Shown here: piece after piece, positions 31,088 to 39,793 of the stretch
Layout of the letters: every line of letters begins with the position of its first letter
Numbering within the stretch: the first letter of the stretch is position 1
From: a virus
Length of the DNA: 46,544 nt
Strand: one strand, 5' to 3'
IMG/VR virus record: IMGVR_UViG_3300025035_001128
Notes under the pieces: model-generated
Databases searched by the model: none
What the model saw: only the letters and a program-made list of their open reading frames with translations
Told to the model about the DNA's origin: nothing
Position numbers and translations under genes: made by a program

Positions 31088-31161
31088 TGGAGCGGAATAT
31101 CAGAATCGAACTGATGACAACAGTTTGGAAAACTGTAGTTTTGCCATTAAACTAATCCCGC
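31088..31161 (-). tRNA. tRNA-Gly(TCC)
   Basis: ACAGT-TTTCCAA-ACTGT, T discriminator, CCA. Confidence 0.93.
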
Positions 31162-31372
31162 AAAAAATTTTACACATTGAAGAACTTCCATTCTTGCATT
31201 TAAACGGCGTGTCACCGTAACCATTTGTCTCGCCAGAGTTACTTTAAGATTATTGCCTTAAAGACTTATCATTAGGAATCGAACCTAACTCCCTTCACAA
31301 CAGCCCTCGGTTAACGAGATGGTTTTAATCCATCCTTTAGAAAAACTCTAGTCTTTCTAAAAGACAATTATT

Positions 31373-31445
31373 TGGAGCGGGGTAGAAAGAATCGAACTTC
31401 TATAAAAGCTTTGATGGCTACGTAATACCATTATACGAACCCCGC
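31373..31445 (-). tRNA. atypical Gly-backbone tRNA with loop CATCAAA (anticodon position TCA); possibly a pseudogene
   Basis: GCGGGGT/ACCCCGC-T-CCA acceptor; 3-bp anticodon stem, A at position 33, bulged T-stem. Confidence 0.5.
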
Positions 31446-31451
31446 AAAAAA

Positions 31452-31567
31452 TTAATCCATAGAGTCATCAGGATTATCTCTGTCTCTTACTCAAGATTAT
31501 CTGAGACAGTTTGATTGAATATCTAGTCAATCCTTCTAGTAATTCTGTTTTATCAGAATCTTATTTC
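31452..31567 (-). repeat. structured tRNA-array spacer, copy A
   Basis: differs from 32002-32118 by 7 substitutions and 1 indel. Confidence 0.9.
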
Positions 31568-31642
31568 TGGTCCGGCATGGAGGAATCGAACCACCATATA
31601 GACTTTAGAAGAGTCTTGTCCTATCCGTTGAACGAATGCCGG
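31568..31642 (-). tRNA. tRNA-Arg(TCT)
   Basis: AGACT-CTTCTAA-AGTCT, CCA. Confidence 0.93.
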
Positions 31643-31750
31643 AATATTTTTATCATATTTAAATACATTAAGTTTTTAATCTGAAACTCTGCAATCCTTG
31701 TTCAGCTTCAATTTAACTTTAACCTGGGGGCAAGCTAATGTATTTAAATA

Positions 31751-31834
31751 TGGTGCGAGAGGCGGGATTCGAACCCGCAAGCCTTTCGGCGGGAGATTTT
31801 AAGTCTCCTGTGTATACCGTTCCACCACACTCGC
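31751..31834 (-). tRNA. tRNA-Leu(TAA)
   Basis: GGAGA-CTTAAAA-TCTCC, variable arm, CCA. Confidence 0.95.
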
Positions 31835-31874
31835 TTTATTTACCATAATACTATTATAACATTAATTTATCTCT

Positions 31875-31920
31875 AATTTATTTAGATTAACTTTATTTAT
31901 TAAATTAATCTAAATAAATT
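31875..31920. repeat. perfect 16-bp inverted repeat abutting the tRNA-Gly CCA
   Basis: AATTTATTTAGATTAA-14 nt-TTAATCTAAATAAATT. Confidence 0.85.
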
Positions 31921-31994
31921 TGGAGCGGAATATCAGAATCGAACTGATGACAACAGTTTGGAAAACTGTTGTTTTGCCATTAAACTAATCCCGC
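31921..31994 (-). tRNA. tRNA-Gly(TCC), second copy
   Basis: one substitution relative to 31088-31161. Confidence 0.93.
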
Positions 31995-32001
31995 AAATTT
32001 G

Positions 32002-32118
32002 TTAATCCATAGAGTTATCAGGATTATTTCTGTCTCTTACTCAAGATTACCTAAGACAGTTTGATTGAATATCTAGTCAATCCACCTAGTAATTCTGTTT
32101 TCTCAGAATCTTCATTTC
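32002..32118 (-). repeat. structured tRNA-array spacer, copy B
   Basis: see copy A. Confidence 0.9.
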
Positions 32119-32193
32119 TGGTCGGTCTAGCAGGAATCGAACCCACATTCATTGCTTAGAAGGCAACTGCACTATCCGTTGTACTATAGACCG
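32119..32193 (-). tRNA. tRNA-Arg(TCT), divergent second gene
   Basis: GTTGC-CTTCTAA-GCAAT, CCA. Confidence 0.93.
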
Positions 32194-32241
32194 ATAATTT
32201 ATCATATTTAATAACACTATTATTAGTAGTAGTATTAAATA

Positions 32242-32328
32242 TGGTGCCTTGGGCCGGAATCGAACCGGCATGGAGTTTCCTCCGAGAGATTTTAAGTCTC
32301 TTGTGTCTACCTATTTCACCACCAAGGC
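32242..32328 (-). tRNA. tRNA-Leu(TAA), divergent second gene
   Basis: AGAGA-CTTAAAA-TCTCT, variable arm, CCA. Confidence 0.95.
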
Positions 32329-32335
32329 TAATTGA

Positions 32336-32412
32336 TGGTGCGACGTGCTGGACTCGAACCAGCGACCCAAGGATTATGAGTCCTTTGCTCTAACCAACTG
32401 AGCTAACGTCGC
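32336..32412 (-). tRNA. tRNA with CAT anticodon (Ile2 or elongator Met), copy 4
   Basis: identical to copy 2, but with a different leader. Confidence 0.92.
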
Positions 32413-32594
32413 ATTCATTTTTGTTAGGCTACTTTCGTTTCCTACCATGTCTGTATTATATATCAATTTTTTGATTTTGTACAGAATTTTTTAAAATCTT
32501 TTTGTATTTTTTGTTTTAATATCAATAACTTAATACGATATTTTAACCTAATACTTTAAGTTTATTTTTATATTCTAAATTTTAAAAGAGCAAA

Positions 32595-32624
32595 AAAAAG
32601 ACAGCCTATTTAGACTGTCTTTTG
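32595..32624. terminator. terminator-like hairpin
   Basis: AAAAGACAG-CCTATTTAGA-CTGTCTTTT. Confidence 0.6.
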
Positions 32625-33276
32625 TTTATTCTTGGTTACTTACTTATTTAACCCTTACGAAACACAAACAAAAGACTGTCCAGGAGATAATATTCTTATC
32701 CCTCTCAATCTTAAGCCTAATAATATAGTTGTGTGTTTCATTTAATTTCTTTTTACTTTTGTAACAATGAATGTATCATATCTCATTTATATTTTTTTGT
32801 CAATATTTTTAAAAAAATATTTATAAAAATAAAAATTTGACTTATTTCGATAATTATACAACAATTAATTTATGAATAAACATTAAAAAATTAATTTTCA
32901 AATAAGGCTTAAAAAATTTACGGGATTGGCTCGTCTATTGTTTTAAGTTTTTATAGGGAAATTAAAATGTTAAAAAACTCTCTACAACAGTTCATTAAAG
33001 AACAATCACCATTTTGTGCTATTTATTTAATTGGTAATAACTGACCAGTTAATTTAGAATTCAAAACATTAGACATTCACAATAATAGATTATTTTATAC
33101 AAATAAAACAATTAATGATGATTACTTTTTTATAAACAATATTAAATTATTAAACAAAGGTAAGAATGATTTCTTATTTTATATTCATAAAAATATTGCC
33201 CAAAAAGAAACATATAAAATTAATTCACAATTAAATCTTATTGTAACAATACCTAGTCTCTATTGGTTTGAATAAC

Positions 33277-33303
33277 TAAAAAAGCAGCAATCGCCGCTTT
33301 TTC
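33277..33303 (-). terminator. intrinsic terminator after the HAD gene
   Basis: minus strand AAAAAGCGGC-GATT-GCTGCTTTTTT. Confidence 0.7.
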
Positions 33304-33330
33304 TTTAAACTAAATTAACCGTTAACCGTC

Positions 33331-33762
33331 TTAATTATTCAGGAAATATTCCAATATTTTAATATCTCCATATGAGATGCCACTTTCACTATCTATTAGT
33401 AGTAAATTTTTATAATTTTTACTAAAAAATCTTTCCATATCATCTAATGCTATCCAAGATTTATTATCTATATTATTCTCTTTACAACACATTAAAATCT
33501 CTTCCTCTCTTCCTCCAATACCATATGTTTCTTTAATTATTGGAGTCACTCCTACTATTCTCTTTTGAATGTCTTTTTCAAAAAAAACCTTTAATTTCTC
33601 AATCGAATGTTCTTCTCTCCAGGAACTAGAGATAACAATATTAACATTATCTAAAAATGGTCTAATGGCAGAACAAAATAATGGAACATGTTCGAAAAAA
33701 CCTTTACCATTTATTCCCTCACCATGAAGAACACCATCAAAATCTAAAAATATTGTTTTCAT
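33331..33762 (-). CDS. HAD-superfamily phosphatase (Swiss-Army-Knife RNA-repair HAD-like)
   Basis: IFLDFDGVLH, IVISSSWR, WIALDD. Confidence 0.85.
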   Translation of the reverse strand: MKTIFLDFDGVLHGEGINGKGFFEHVPLFCSAIRPFLDNVNIVISSSWREEHSIEKLKVFFEKDIQKRIVGVTPIIKETYGIGGREEEILMCCKENNIDNKSWIALDDMERFFSKNYKNLLLIDSESGISYGDIKILEYFLNN

Positions 33763-34007
33763 TTAATTAATAGATTAAAACAATATACTAATTCAATAGA
33801 GTTGTTTTCTGTATATGGCAAATTAATGTTTCCCATATACATTTCATGGCCAAAAATATTAGTAAATTCCCATAATGGCATTACCACTTCATCTAGAACT
33901 TCTGTTTCTTTAGTTTTACCAAATTGTTCTAAATATTTTTTATAAACATCTTTACCATTTTTTGTGAACTTACATTTTATTTGTTGATTTAGATTTACTG
34001 TTGTCAT
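33759..34007 (-). CDS. hypothetical phage protein
   Basis: 82 aa, AAGGGG RBS, ATGA overlap with the HAD gene. Confidence 0.7.
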   Translation of the reverse strand: MTTVNLNQQIKCKFTKNGKDVYKKYLEQFGKTKETEVLDEVVMPLWEFTNIFGHEMYMGNINLPYTENNSIELVYCFNLLIK

Positions 34008-34566
34008 ATTTCCCCTTTAGTTAATTTTAAGTTATATTGAAATAATTAGACTATTTTATATTCAAAAGCAATAATAGTCAAATTATGGGGTTTTCCATTT
34101 TTGCACAAATCTACAGGTCACTTATTGACATATATCAATTATCACAAAATATTAACTGAAGTACAATTGATAATTCTCAACAACAATTCATTTTCATAAT
34201 ATTCCAGATGTTGACTCATATGATAAATAGCAAGATAATAACACACCAAGCTAATGATTATGAATTAATGGTTACACTAAAGATTATTTTTAAATTAAAA
34301 AGTCTAATCATTTTATTATTTGAGTTTAAAAGGAATTTATATGTTAATTTCTAAGGCAAAACTTCTATTTTTTTCATTTCAATGTGCAAAAACGAGTTAT
34401 GAACTGAATAAACTAATGACTCGCAATACTTGTCGGCGTAAAAACCCAAGATTTAATTCTGGACGAAGAGAAATTAACTTGTTGGTTTATTTAAAAAAAT
34501 TTACTTAGCTCTACCTCTAGTTTTTTATTTTTATTTTTATATAATTAAAATACAAAAGAAATAAAA

Positions 34567-35925
34567 ATGATAATTAAAGAAGAAAAAACTCTAAGCAAGG
34601 AAGACCTAATCGCAAGAGGTTGGACTGAAGATTTAATTGCCATATTAAGACCTCATCCTGTAATAATTGATGATTCTATATTTTGGAAATTTAATGATGT
34701 CTTGGCAAAAGAAAAATATGTCACATTTAAGAATTTTCAAAGTATTGATGAGTTTAATAAAATACAAACTGAATATCTAGAAAAATTTGAAAAGCAAACT
34801 GAAAATGGCATCAACTATGTTGAAAATCTTTCTATAGAGTTAACTAATGATAACTGCTTACTTAGTAACCTGGATAAATATAATCCATTAAAAAATATAG
34901 TTCATTTTGTGGATGACTTTGAAGTAAATGAAAATAGCTCTTTTACTTTATTTACTGATGGCTCATTTAAAAAGATTGGAAGAGAATGTTTTTCTAGCAA
35001 TGCCGGTTGGATAATAAATAATAAAACCAATAAAATTGTGGTTGAATTTTCTAATGTTGAACCAATAATAAAACAAAGGTATGCACATGAAAACACAATG
35101 CCAGAATTTGAATTAATTGGTATTCAAGCTGGAGTTAATTTAATTAAAATGTTAGGATTGAAAAACGTTCAATGCTATACAGATACAATTTCTGAAGCTA
35201 GCACAATAAGTTTAGCTCTCAATGGCTTTGGTAAAAGTAGACTTAATGAATTACAAGATATTTATAATCCAATAATAAAAATATTAAAAGAATCTAACTC
35301 ATCTATAGCTTGGATTCCAAGAGAATTTAATACTCATGCTGATGCATTAACAAAAATATCAGGAAATGCCTGGTTTGAAAAATATAAAAAAGATTTTATG
35401 AATGTAGATAGTATTAAAAATAATAACTATCAAATTGATAGAACAAAAGAGTTCTTTTTTAATCATGAAAAAATTAAATATTCAAGCACTAAAAAATTAG
35501 ATAATAATCCAATAGTTTTATATCATGGAACTGAAGAATTTGATTTTATTTTTATGTATCATGCAGATACTAATTCTATTGAATTAATTAAACACGAATC
35601 TGTTGACTTTTCACATATTGATGAATCATTACCCAAAGGTGTTAAAAATATTAAACGAAGTCAAAGATCAATTCACAACATACTTAAATTTCTTAAAGAA
35701 AACCATGAAGACTATAATCTTTCATTGAAAAATAGCGATGTATCAATATTAAGAAAATTAAGACCTATTGAGCCTCATTTACAAGAAGAATTTTTTGAAT
35801 TTCATAAATTTCTTGATCAAGCTAACAAAACTATTACCATAACTGATATTGAAGATTCAGTTAGAAAACTTATTAGATCAGAAGTTAAAGCATTAACAAG
35901 AATCTATTCACCCCCATCTCCATAA
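34567..35925 (+). CDS. RNase HI-like domain protein with extensions (paralog 2)
   Basis: LFTDGS, FELIG, YTD, WIPREFNTHADAL. Confidence 0.8.
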   Translation: MIIKEEKTLSKEDLIARGWTEDLIAILRPHPVIIDDSIFWKFNDVLAKEKYVTFKNFQSIDEFNKIQTEYLEKFEKQTENGINYVENLSIELTNDNCLLSNLDKYNPLKNIVHFVDDFEVNENSSFTLFTDGSFKKIGRECFSSNAGWIINNKTNKIVVEFSNVEPIIKQRYAHENTMPEFELIGIQAGVNLIKMLGLKNVQCYTDTISEASTISLALNGFGKSRLNELQDIYNPIIKILKESNSSIAWIPREFNTHADALTKISGNAWFEKYKKDFMNVDSIKNNNYQIDRTKEFFFNHEKIKYSSTKKLDNNPIVLYHGTEEFDFIFMYHADTNSIELIKHESVDFSHIDESLPKGVKNIKRSQRSIHNILKFLKENHEDYNLSLKNSDVSILRKLRPIEPHLQEEFFEFHKFLDQANKTITITDIEDSVRKLIRSEVKALTRIYSPPSP

Positions 35926-35932
35926 AGAATTT

Positions 35933-36157
35933 TTATTTTTTCTCTACTAAAATCAAATAACTTTGACCCTTACCACCACGTTTTAAACCAGTATTTTGAT
36001 TCCTCCCACATGGTGTTGCCCACTCATCTAAAGCCTTAATAAACTCACTATATACAGCATCTCTTTTTTCATTGTTGGAAAAAACCATTGTTCCTGAACG
36101 AGACTCTTCTTTGTTTTTTGCTCCAAGTAACCACAATCTTTCTGTTTGAATATTCAT
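35933..36157 (-). CDS. hypothetical protein, probably the 3' part of a longer gene
   Basis: frame is open upstream (…FKFIASNGYEVISRSR) to about 36238 without a start codon. Confidence 0.5.
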   Translation of the reverse strand: MNIQTERLWLLGAKNKEESRSGTMVFSNNEKRDAVYSEFIKALDEWATPCGRNQNTGLKRGGKGQSYLILVEKK

Positions 36158-36234
36158 TCTACTGCGAGAAATTACCTCATATCCATTACTTGCAATAAAC
36201 TTAAAATATTCACCATCATCATCTCCACAATATG

Positions 36235-36339
36235 TTACTTGAAAGAAGTATCAACTGAACCAATCGCTTCACTAGCATTAGCAATTCCAAGGCTTGAAGT
36301 AGCAAGAATTACAGACAATAAAATATTTTTAATTTTCAT
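36235..36339 (-). pseudogene. creA: truncated CreA-like N-terminal fragment
   Basis: signal peptide then SEAIGSVDTSFK (compare CreA EEIGSVDTVFK), then stop; AAGGA RBS. Confidence 0.5.
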
Positions 36340-36454
36340 GATTTCCTTTTTTATTAAATAAGAGTATATTACTTTGATGTATTTATTCTAACATGAATTG
36401 CATCTAAATAATTCAGTTGCTTGCAAGTATTTTTATTTACTAACAAGTAACATC

Positions 36455-36715
36455 TTAATCTTGTTCTTTTTCTTTTTTAGTTGAATTTTTTATTTCTTCA
36501 ATTTCTTTTTTTGAATATTCATAATTCCAACCACCATAATTCCAGGTGCTAAATGTTGCCTTTGATGTTGCAATCATATGATTTGGCATTTCTTTATGTG
36601 TTCCAGAAAACCATTCTTCCTCAAAAGCACATGACATTTTTGCAAGCTCATGCTCATAACTTAATTGATAAACCCACCAAGGTAATACATTATTAAAGCT
36701 CATTATTAATTCCAT
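36455..36715 (-). CDS. hypothetical protein
   Basis: 86-aa ORF overlapping the upstream gene. Confidence 0.6.
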   Translation of the reverse strand: MELIMSFNNVLPWWVYQLSYEHELAKMSCAFEEEWFSGTHKEMPNHMIATSKATFSTWNYGGWNYEYSKKEIEEIKNSTKKEKEQD

Positions 36716-37058
36716 TTTTAAAATATAGATATGGCAATCCGTGTTTATAACTTAAATATTCCCAATCACCATTGCAATCACTTCCATCCATAATCCAGAT
36801 TAATGCTCGTTCACGAGTAATTGCTCCGGTATCTTTGAACATCGCCACTAGCTTTTCAAATTCTTCAATGGCAATCTTTTCCCGATGAACATCTTCTTCA
36901 TTTGATAGTTCTAATGAAATTAATAAATTGTCCCACTTTTCTTGTTTTTTATCATCATTAGACTCTTTCCATTCACACCAAAAATCAACACTTGGACGAA
37001 ATCCAAATGCATCTTTATGTAAATCAGAAACAATATTATCATCAAAAGTATAAGTCAT
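36693..37058 (-). CDS. conserved phage hypothetical protein
   Basis: MTYTFDDNIVSDLHKDAFGFRP pattern. Confidence 0.7.
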   Translation of the reverse strand: MTYTFDDNIVSDLHKDAFGFRPSVDFWCEWKESNDDKKQEKWDNLLISLELSNEEDVHREKIAIEEFEKLVAMFKDTGAITRERALIWIMDGSDCNGDWEYLSYKHGLPYLYFKNGINNEL

Positions 37059-37224
37059 AATTATTTTTGTTCGTTGATATATTCTTATTATATCATTAAA
37101 CTTGAGTTCAATTAATCAAATTTAAAATTTAAGGCAAATATTTGTTTTATATATTTCCACTCTAATTGAAATCTCCAAAAAACTCCTTGTGTTATTGGTT
37201 GACGAATAAAATCAAAAGTCTCAC

Positions 37225-37494
37225 TTATATTTTTTGATGGAACAACATTTGTATCAATATCTGTTGATCTGACAAAAAGCTAGAAATTGCTACTGTTGTT
37301 TTTATATGACCAACAATTAAAATTAAACTTACTGAAATTGCTATTAATTTAATAATTATTCCATAGTTTTTTTCTTGAATGCTATCAAGCCAAAAACCTA
37401 AAACAAACAACAATAACATAAAGAAAAACTCTAATTTCACTAAAAGAATTGAACCCAATAGGACACCTAATTTATAACTTATATTCACAAGCAA
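37225..37494 (-). CDS. small membrane protein
   Basis: hydrophobic, 89 aa. Confidence 0.5.
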   Translation of the reverse strand: MLVNISYKLGVLLGSILLVKLEFFFMLLLFVLGFWLDSIQEKNYGIIIKLIAISVSLILIVGHIKTTVAISSFLSDQQILIQMLFHQKI

Positions 37495-37545
37495 ACTCCA
37501 TTAATTTATTAATATTCTATATCTATTACTTAAAACACGATTCAA

Positions 37546-38013
37546 TTAATTTTGCTCATAACCTAAATAATCATTATCATGATTTACACCTATAATTTTT
37601 TCTTTTGGCTGCCATGTAAATTGCCTACCTATCGTCATGTGTAGTCTAAAATCTGTGCGTAAATTTAACTCACGACGAATATCAACTAATTCTTTAGAAT
37701 ATACTGTTAAAGACCAAAATCCCAATGTCTTTCCAATTGTCCTGGATTATATCTTACCGTTAATTGTTTATTTTCATACTTTAACCCAACAGGATTTTCA
37801 CCATTAACCTCTTGTGGTCTAATTACTGTAATATGAGTTCCAAATAATGGAGATTGTAGCTTTAGCCAACCTCCATACTTCTTCTTAATTAACCATTGAT
37901 AATATTCAGTTAAATTTTCACCAGGTGTATCTAGAATTAAATTTTTTTGTTGATCTTCCCTGGTTAACACAGGTCTGACCTGGACTATAAAGAAGTGTGC
38001 CTTGAATTGATAA
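37546..38013 (-). pseudogene. 2H-phosphoesterase (Swiss-Army-Knife type) with two frameshifts
   Basis: first motif GTHITV lies in ORF 37707-37970; second motif RLHMTIG lies in another frame downstream; real start MLSIQGTLLYSP at 38013 is in a third frame. Confidence 0.7.
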
Positions 38014-38164
38014 CATATTAATAAGGTTAAAAATTATTTATTTAAACATTCCTCATCTACACCACAAACGTTGGATAACTCTGATAAATCAAAATAAGCT
38101 TCGTTGCTTTTTGTTTTTATAACATTTTTTAATGCATCAATAAATTTCATCTTTTTTCATCCAC

Positions 38165-38365
38165 TTATTTATTTCCAGATCTTATCATTTTTTTAACAAT
38201 TTCAATTTCAGATAACATATCTGATAATTTTGATTTCATTTTTTCATATGTAATATTATCTTCTTCATTACTTTTCCCAGTAACTATCTTAAAGTAAAAA
38301 CTACTACATAAATTCTTTTGCTTTTCTAATTCTTTTTCCATTAAAATTAATCTATCTTTCAACAT
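38165..38365 (-). CDS. hypothetical protein
   Basis: 66 aa, AAGGA RBS. Confidence 0.6.
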   Translation of the reverse strand: MLKDRLILMEKELEKQKNLCSSFYFKIVTGKSNEEDNITYEKMKSKLSDMLSEIEIVKKMIRSGNK

Positions 38366-38380
38366 ATTTCTTCCTTTATT

Positions 38381-38692
38381 TTATTCAAATTTAATTAAAA
38401 TAATACTATAATCACTAATAACTTCTAACCATTTTTGATTTCCAAAATCACGACCATATTTACAATTATTGATTTCAACAAGTAAATCTTCAAAATTTTT
38501 GATTTCACCTGTATTATCGTATCTACCACGAAATAGACACTTTTCTCCATCATAAGAAATCCACAAAGGACTTTTCATTCCTGTATTCATATCGTACCAG
38601 ACGATACCAGTACTTTTATCTTTAATCATCGTGATTTCGATTTCATTATCTAAAACATCTACTAACATTTCATCAAACTCTAATTTATTCAT
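38381..38692 (-). CDS. hypothetical protein
   Basis: 103 aa, own TGTTATAAT and AAGGA. Confidence 0.65.
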   Translation of the reverse strand: MNKLEFDEMLVDVLDNEIEITMIKDKSTGIVWYDMNTGMKSPLWISYDGEKCLFRGRYDNTGEIKNFEDLLVEINNCKYGRDFGNQKWLEVISDYSIILIKFE

Positions 38693-38743
38693 TTTAAATC
38701 CTTAAGTGTTAATATCCTAGACATTATAACATATTAAGTGTTT

Positions 38744-39070
38744 CTATTCTTCTTTTTTTGGTTTCCATAATTTTGCAAATTTTAGAACATTTGGTAAATT
38801 ACTATTTTCAACTGGACAAACAACAGCACAAGACTTACGAGCCTCTAGGGTATTATTTTCATGCCCTAAATGAACATTGGGTAGTTGTGATATCTTATCA
38901 AATTCTTTCTGATTAACTCTCACTACACATTTCTTAAATGATTCATTAAACCATCTCTTATACATAGAATCATCTTGAAATTTTATGTGGGCTGATAGTA
39001 TTGAATGTGCTACTAAAGTTGGTGTCATGTAATCAGGAAATTCATCCAATACTGCTATATAAAGTTTCAT
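38744..39070 (-). CDS. peptidyl-tRNA hydrolase PTH2-like protein
   Basis: KLYIAVLD...VAHS...W..ESFKKCVVRVNQKEF pattern. Confidence 0.55.
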   Translation of the reverse strand: MKLYIAVLDEFPDYMTPTLVAHSILSAHIKFQDDSMYKRWFNESFKKCVVRVNQKEFDKISQLPNVHLGHENNTLEARKSCAVVCPVENSNLPNVLKFAKLWKPKKEE

Positions 39071-39138
39071 ATTTTAATTCCAATGTTTTTGTTTCAAATA
39101 ATATACCATAACATTACAGATAATCAATACAATATTTT

Positions 39139-39363
39139 TTAGTATTTATAATGATTACAAATAAACTTAGTCATTGGTAGTAATTGAATATCATCTAACG
39201 ATTCTGCCCTTAACATATGAAGAGCTATTTGAGCATCAACCCAATCTTTACCCACTATTGGTAACATATAGAACTCAATTTCTTCAATATCTTCAAGATA
39301 CCACATAACATCTGCATGCTTCATTTGGTTATCTGTTAAATCATCAATTCTAATGTAGTTCAT
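39139..39363 (-). CDS. hypothetical protein
   Basis: 74 aa, AGGA RBS. Confidence 0.6.
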   Translation of the reverse strand: MNYIRIDDLTDNQMKHADVMWYLEDIEEIEFYMLPIVGKDWVDAQIALHMLRAESLDDIQLLPMTKFICNHYKY

Positions 39364-39407
39364 ATTTTTCCTGTAATTGTATTAATAAAAATTCTTACAA
39401 AATATAA

Positions 39408-39779
39408 TTAACGATAGTGGGTTAGTAGATAAAAATCCGGCTTCACATTTAAAGTCGTTCCAAAAACTTTAATGATTTCTCCTTCTACATTTTTCTTTAC
39501 TTTTGAACTTACCTTTGGCATTTTTGTTGTTTGAATATGCTCATAATTCTTGGATTTTTTAAAAATTTTACCAAAAAAATTATAGTTACCATCCATTCCA
39601 TCAGAAATAATAGAACAACCATTAATTTCTACAACTTTTTCATCAAAAGCTGAATCATGATATTTATCAAATAAATCATCTTTTTCATCCATAGAATACT
39701 TCTGATTTAATGCCAACTCTGAAGTGTTAAATGGTAACATATATCCATAACACAAATATTGATTTACTTGAACACTCAT
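39408..39779 (-). CDS. hypothetical protein
   Basis: 123 aa, AGGAG RBS. Confidence 0.7.
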   Translation of the reverse strand: MSVQVNQYLCYGYMLPFNTSELALNQKYSMDEKDDLFDKYHDSAFDEKVVEINGCSIISDGMDGNYNFFGKIFKKSKNYEHIQTTKMPKVSSKVKKNVEGEIIKVFGTTLNVKPDFYLLTHYR

Positions 39780-39793
39780 TTTTATCTCCTAGT

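Noticed and set aside
32960-33280. In-frame TGA in a decayed plus-strand ORF as further evidence of UGA read-through
   Set aside because: The same ORF also has a downstream frameshift or stop, so it is ordinary decay
36146-36361. ORF-track 71-aa plus-strand ORF
   Set aside because: Antisense to the CreA-like fragment; no RBS
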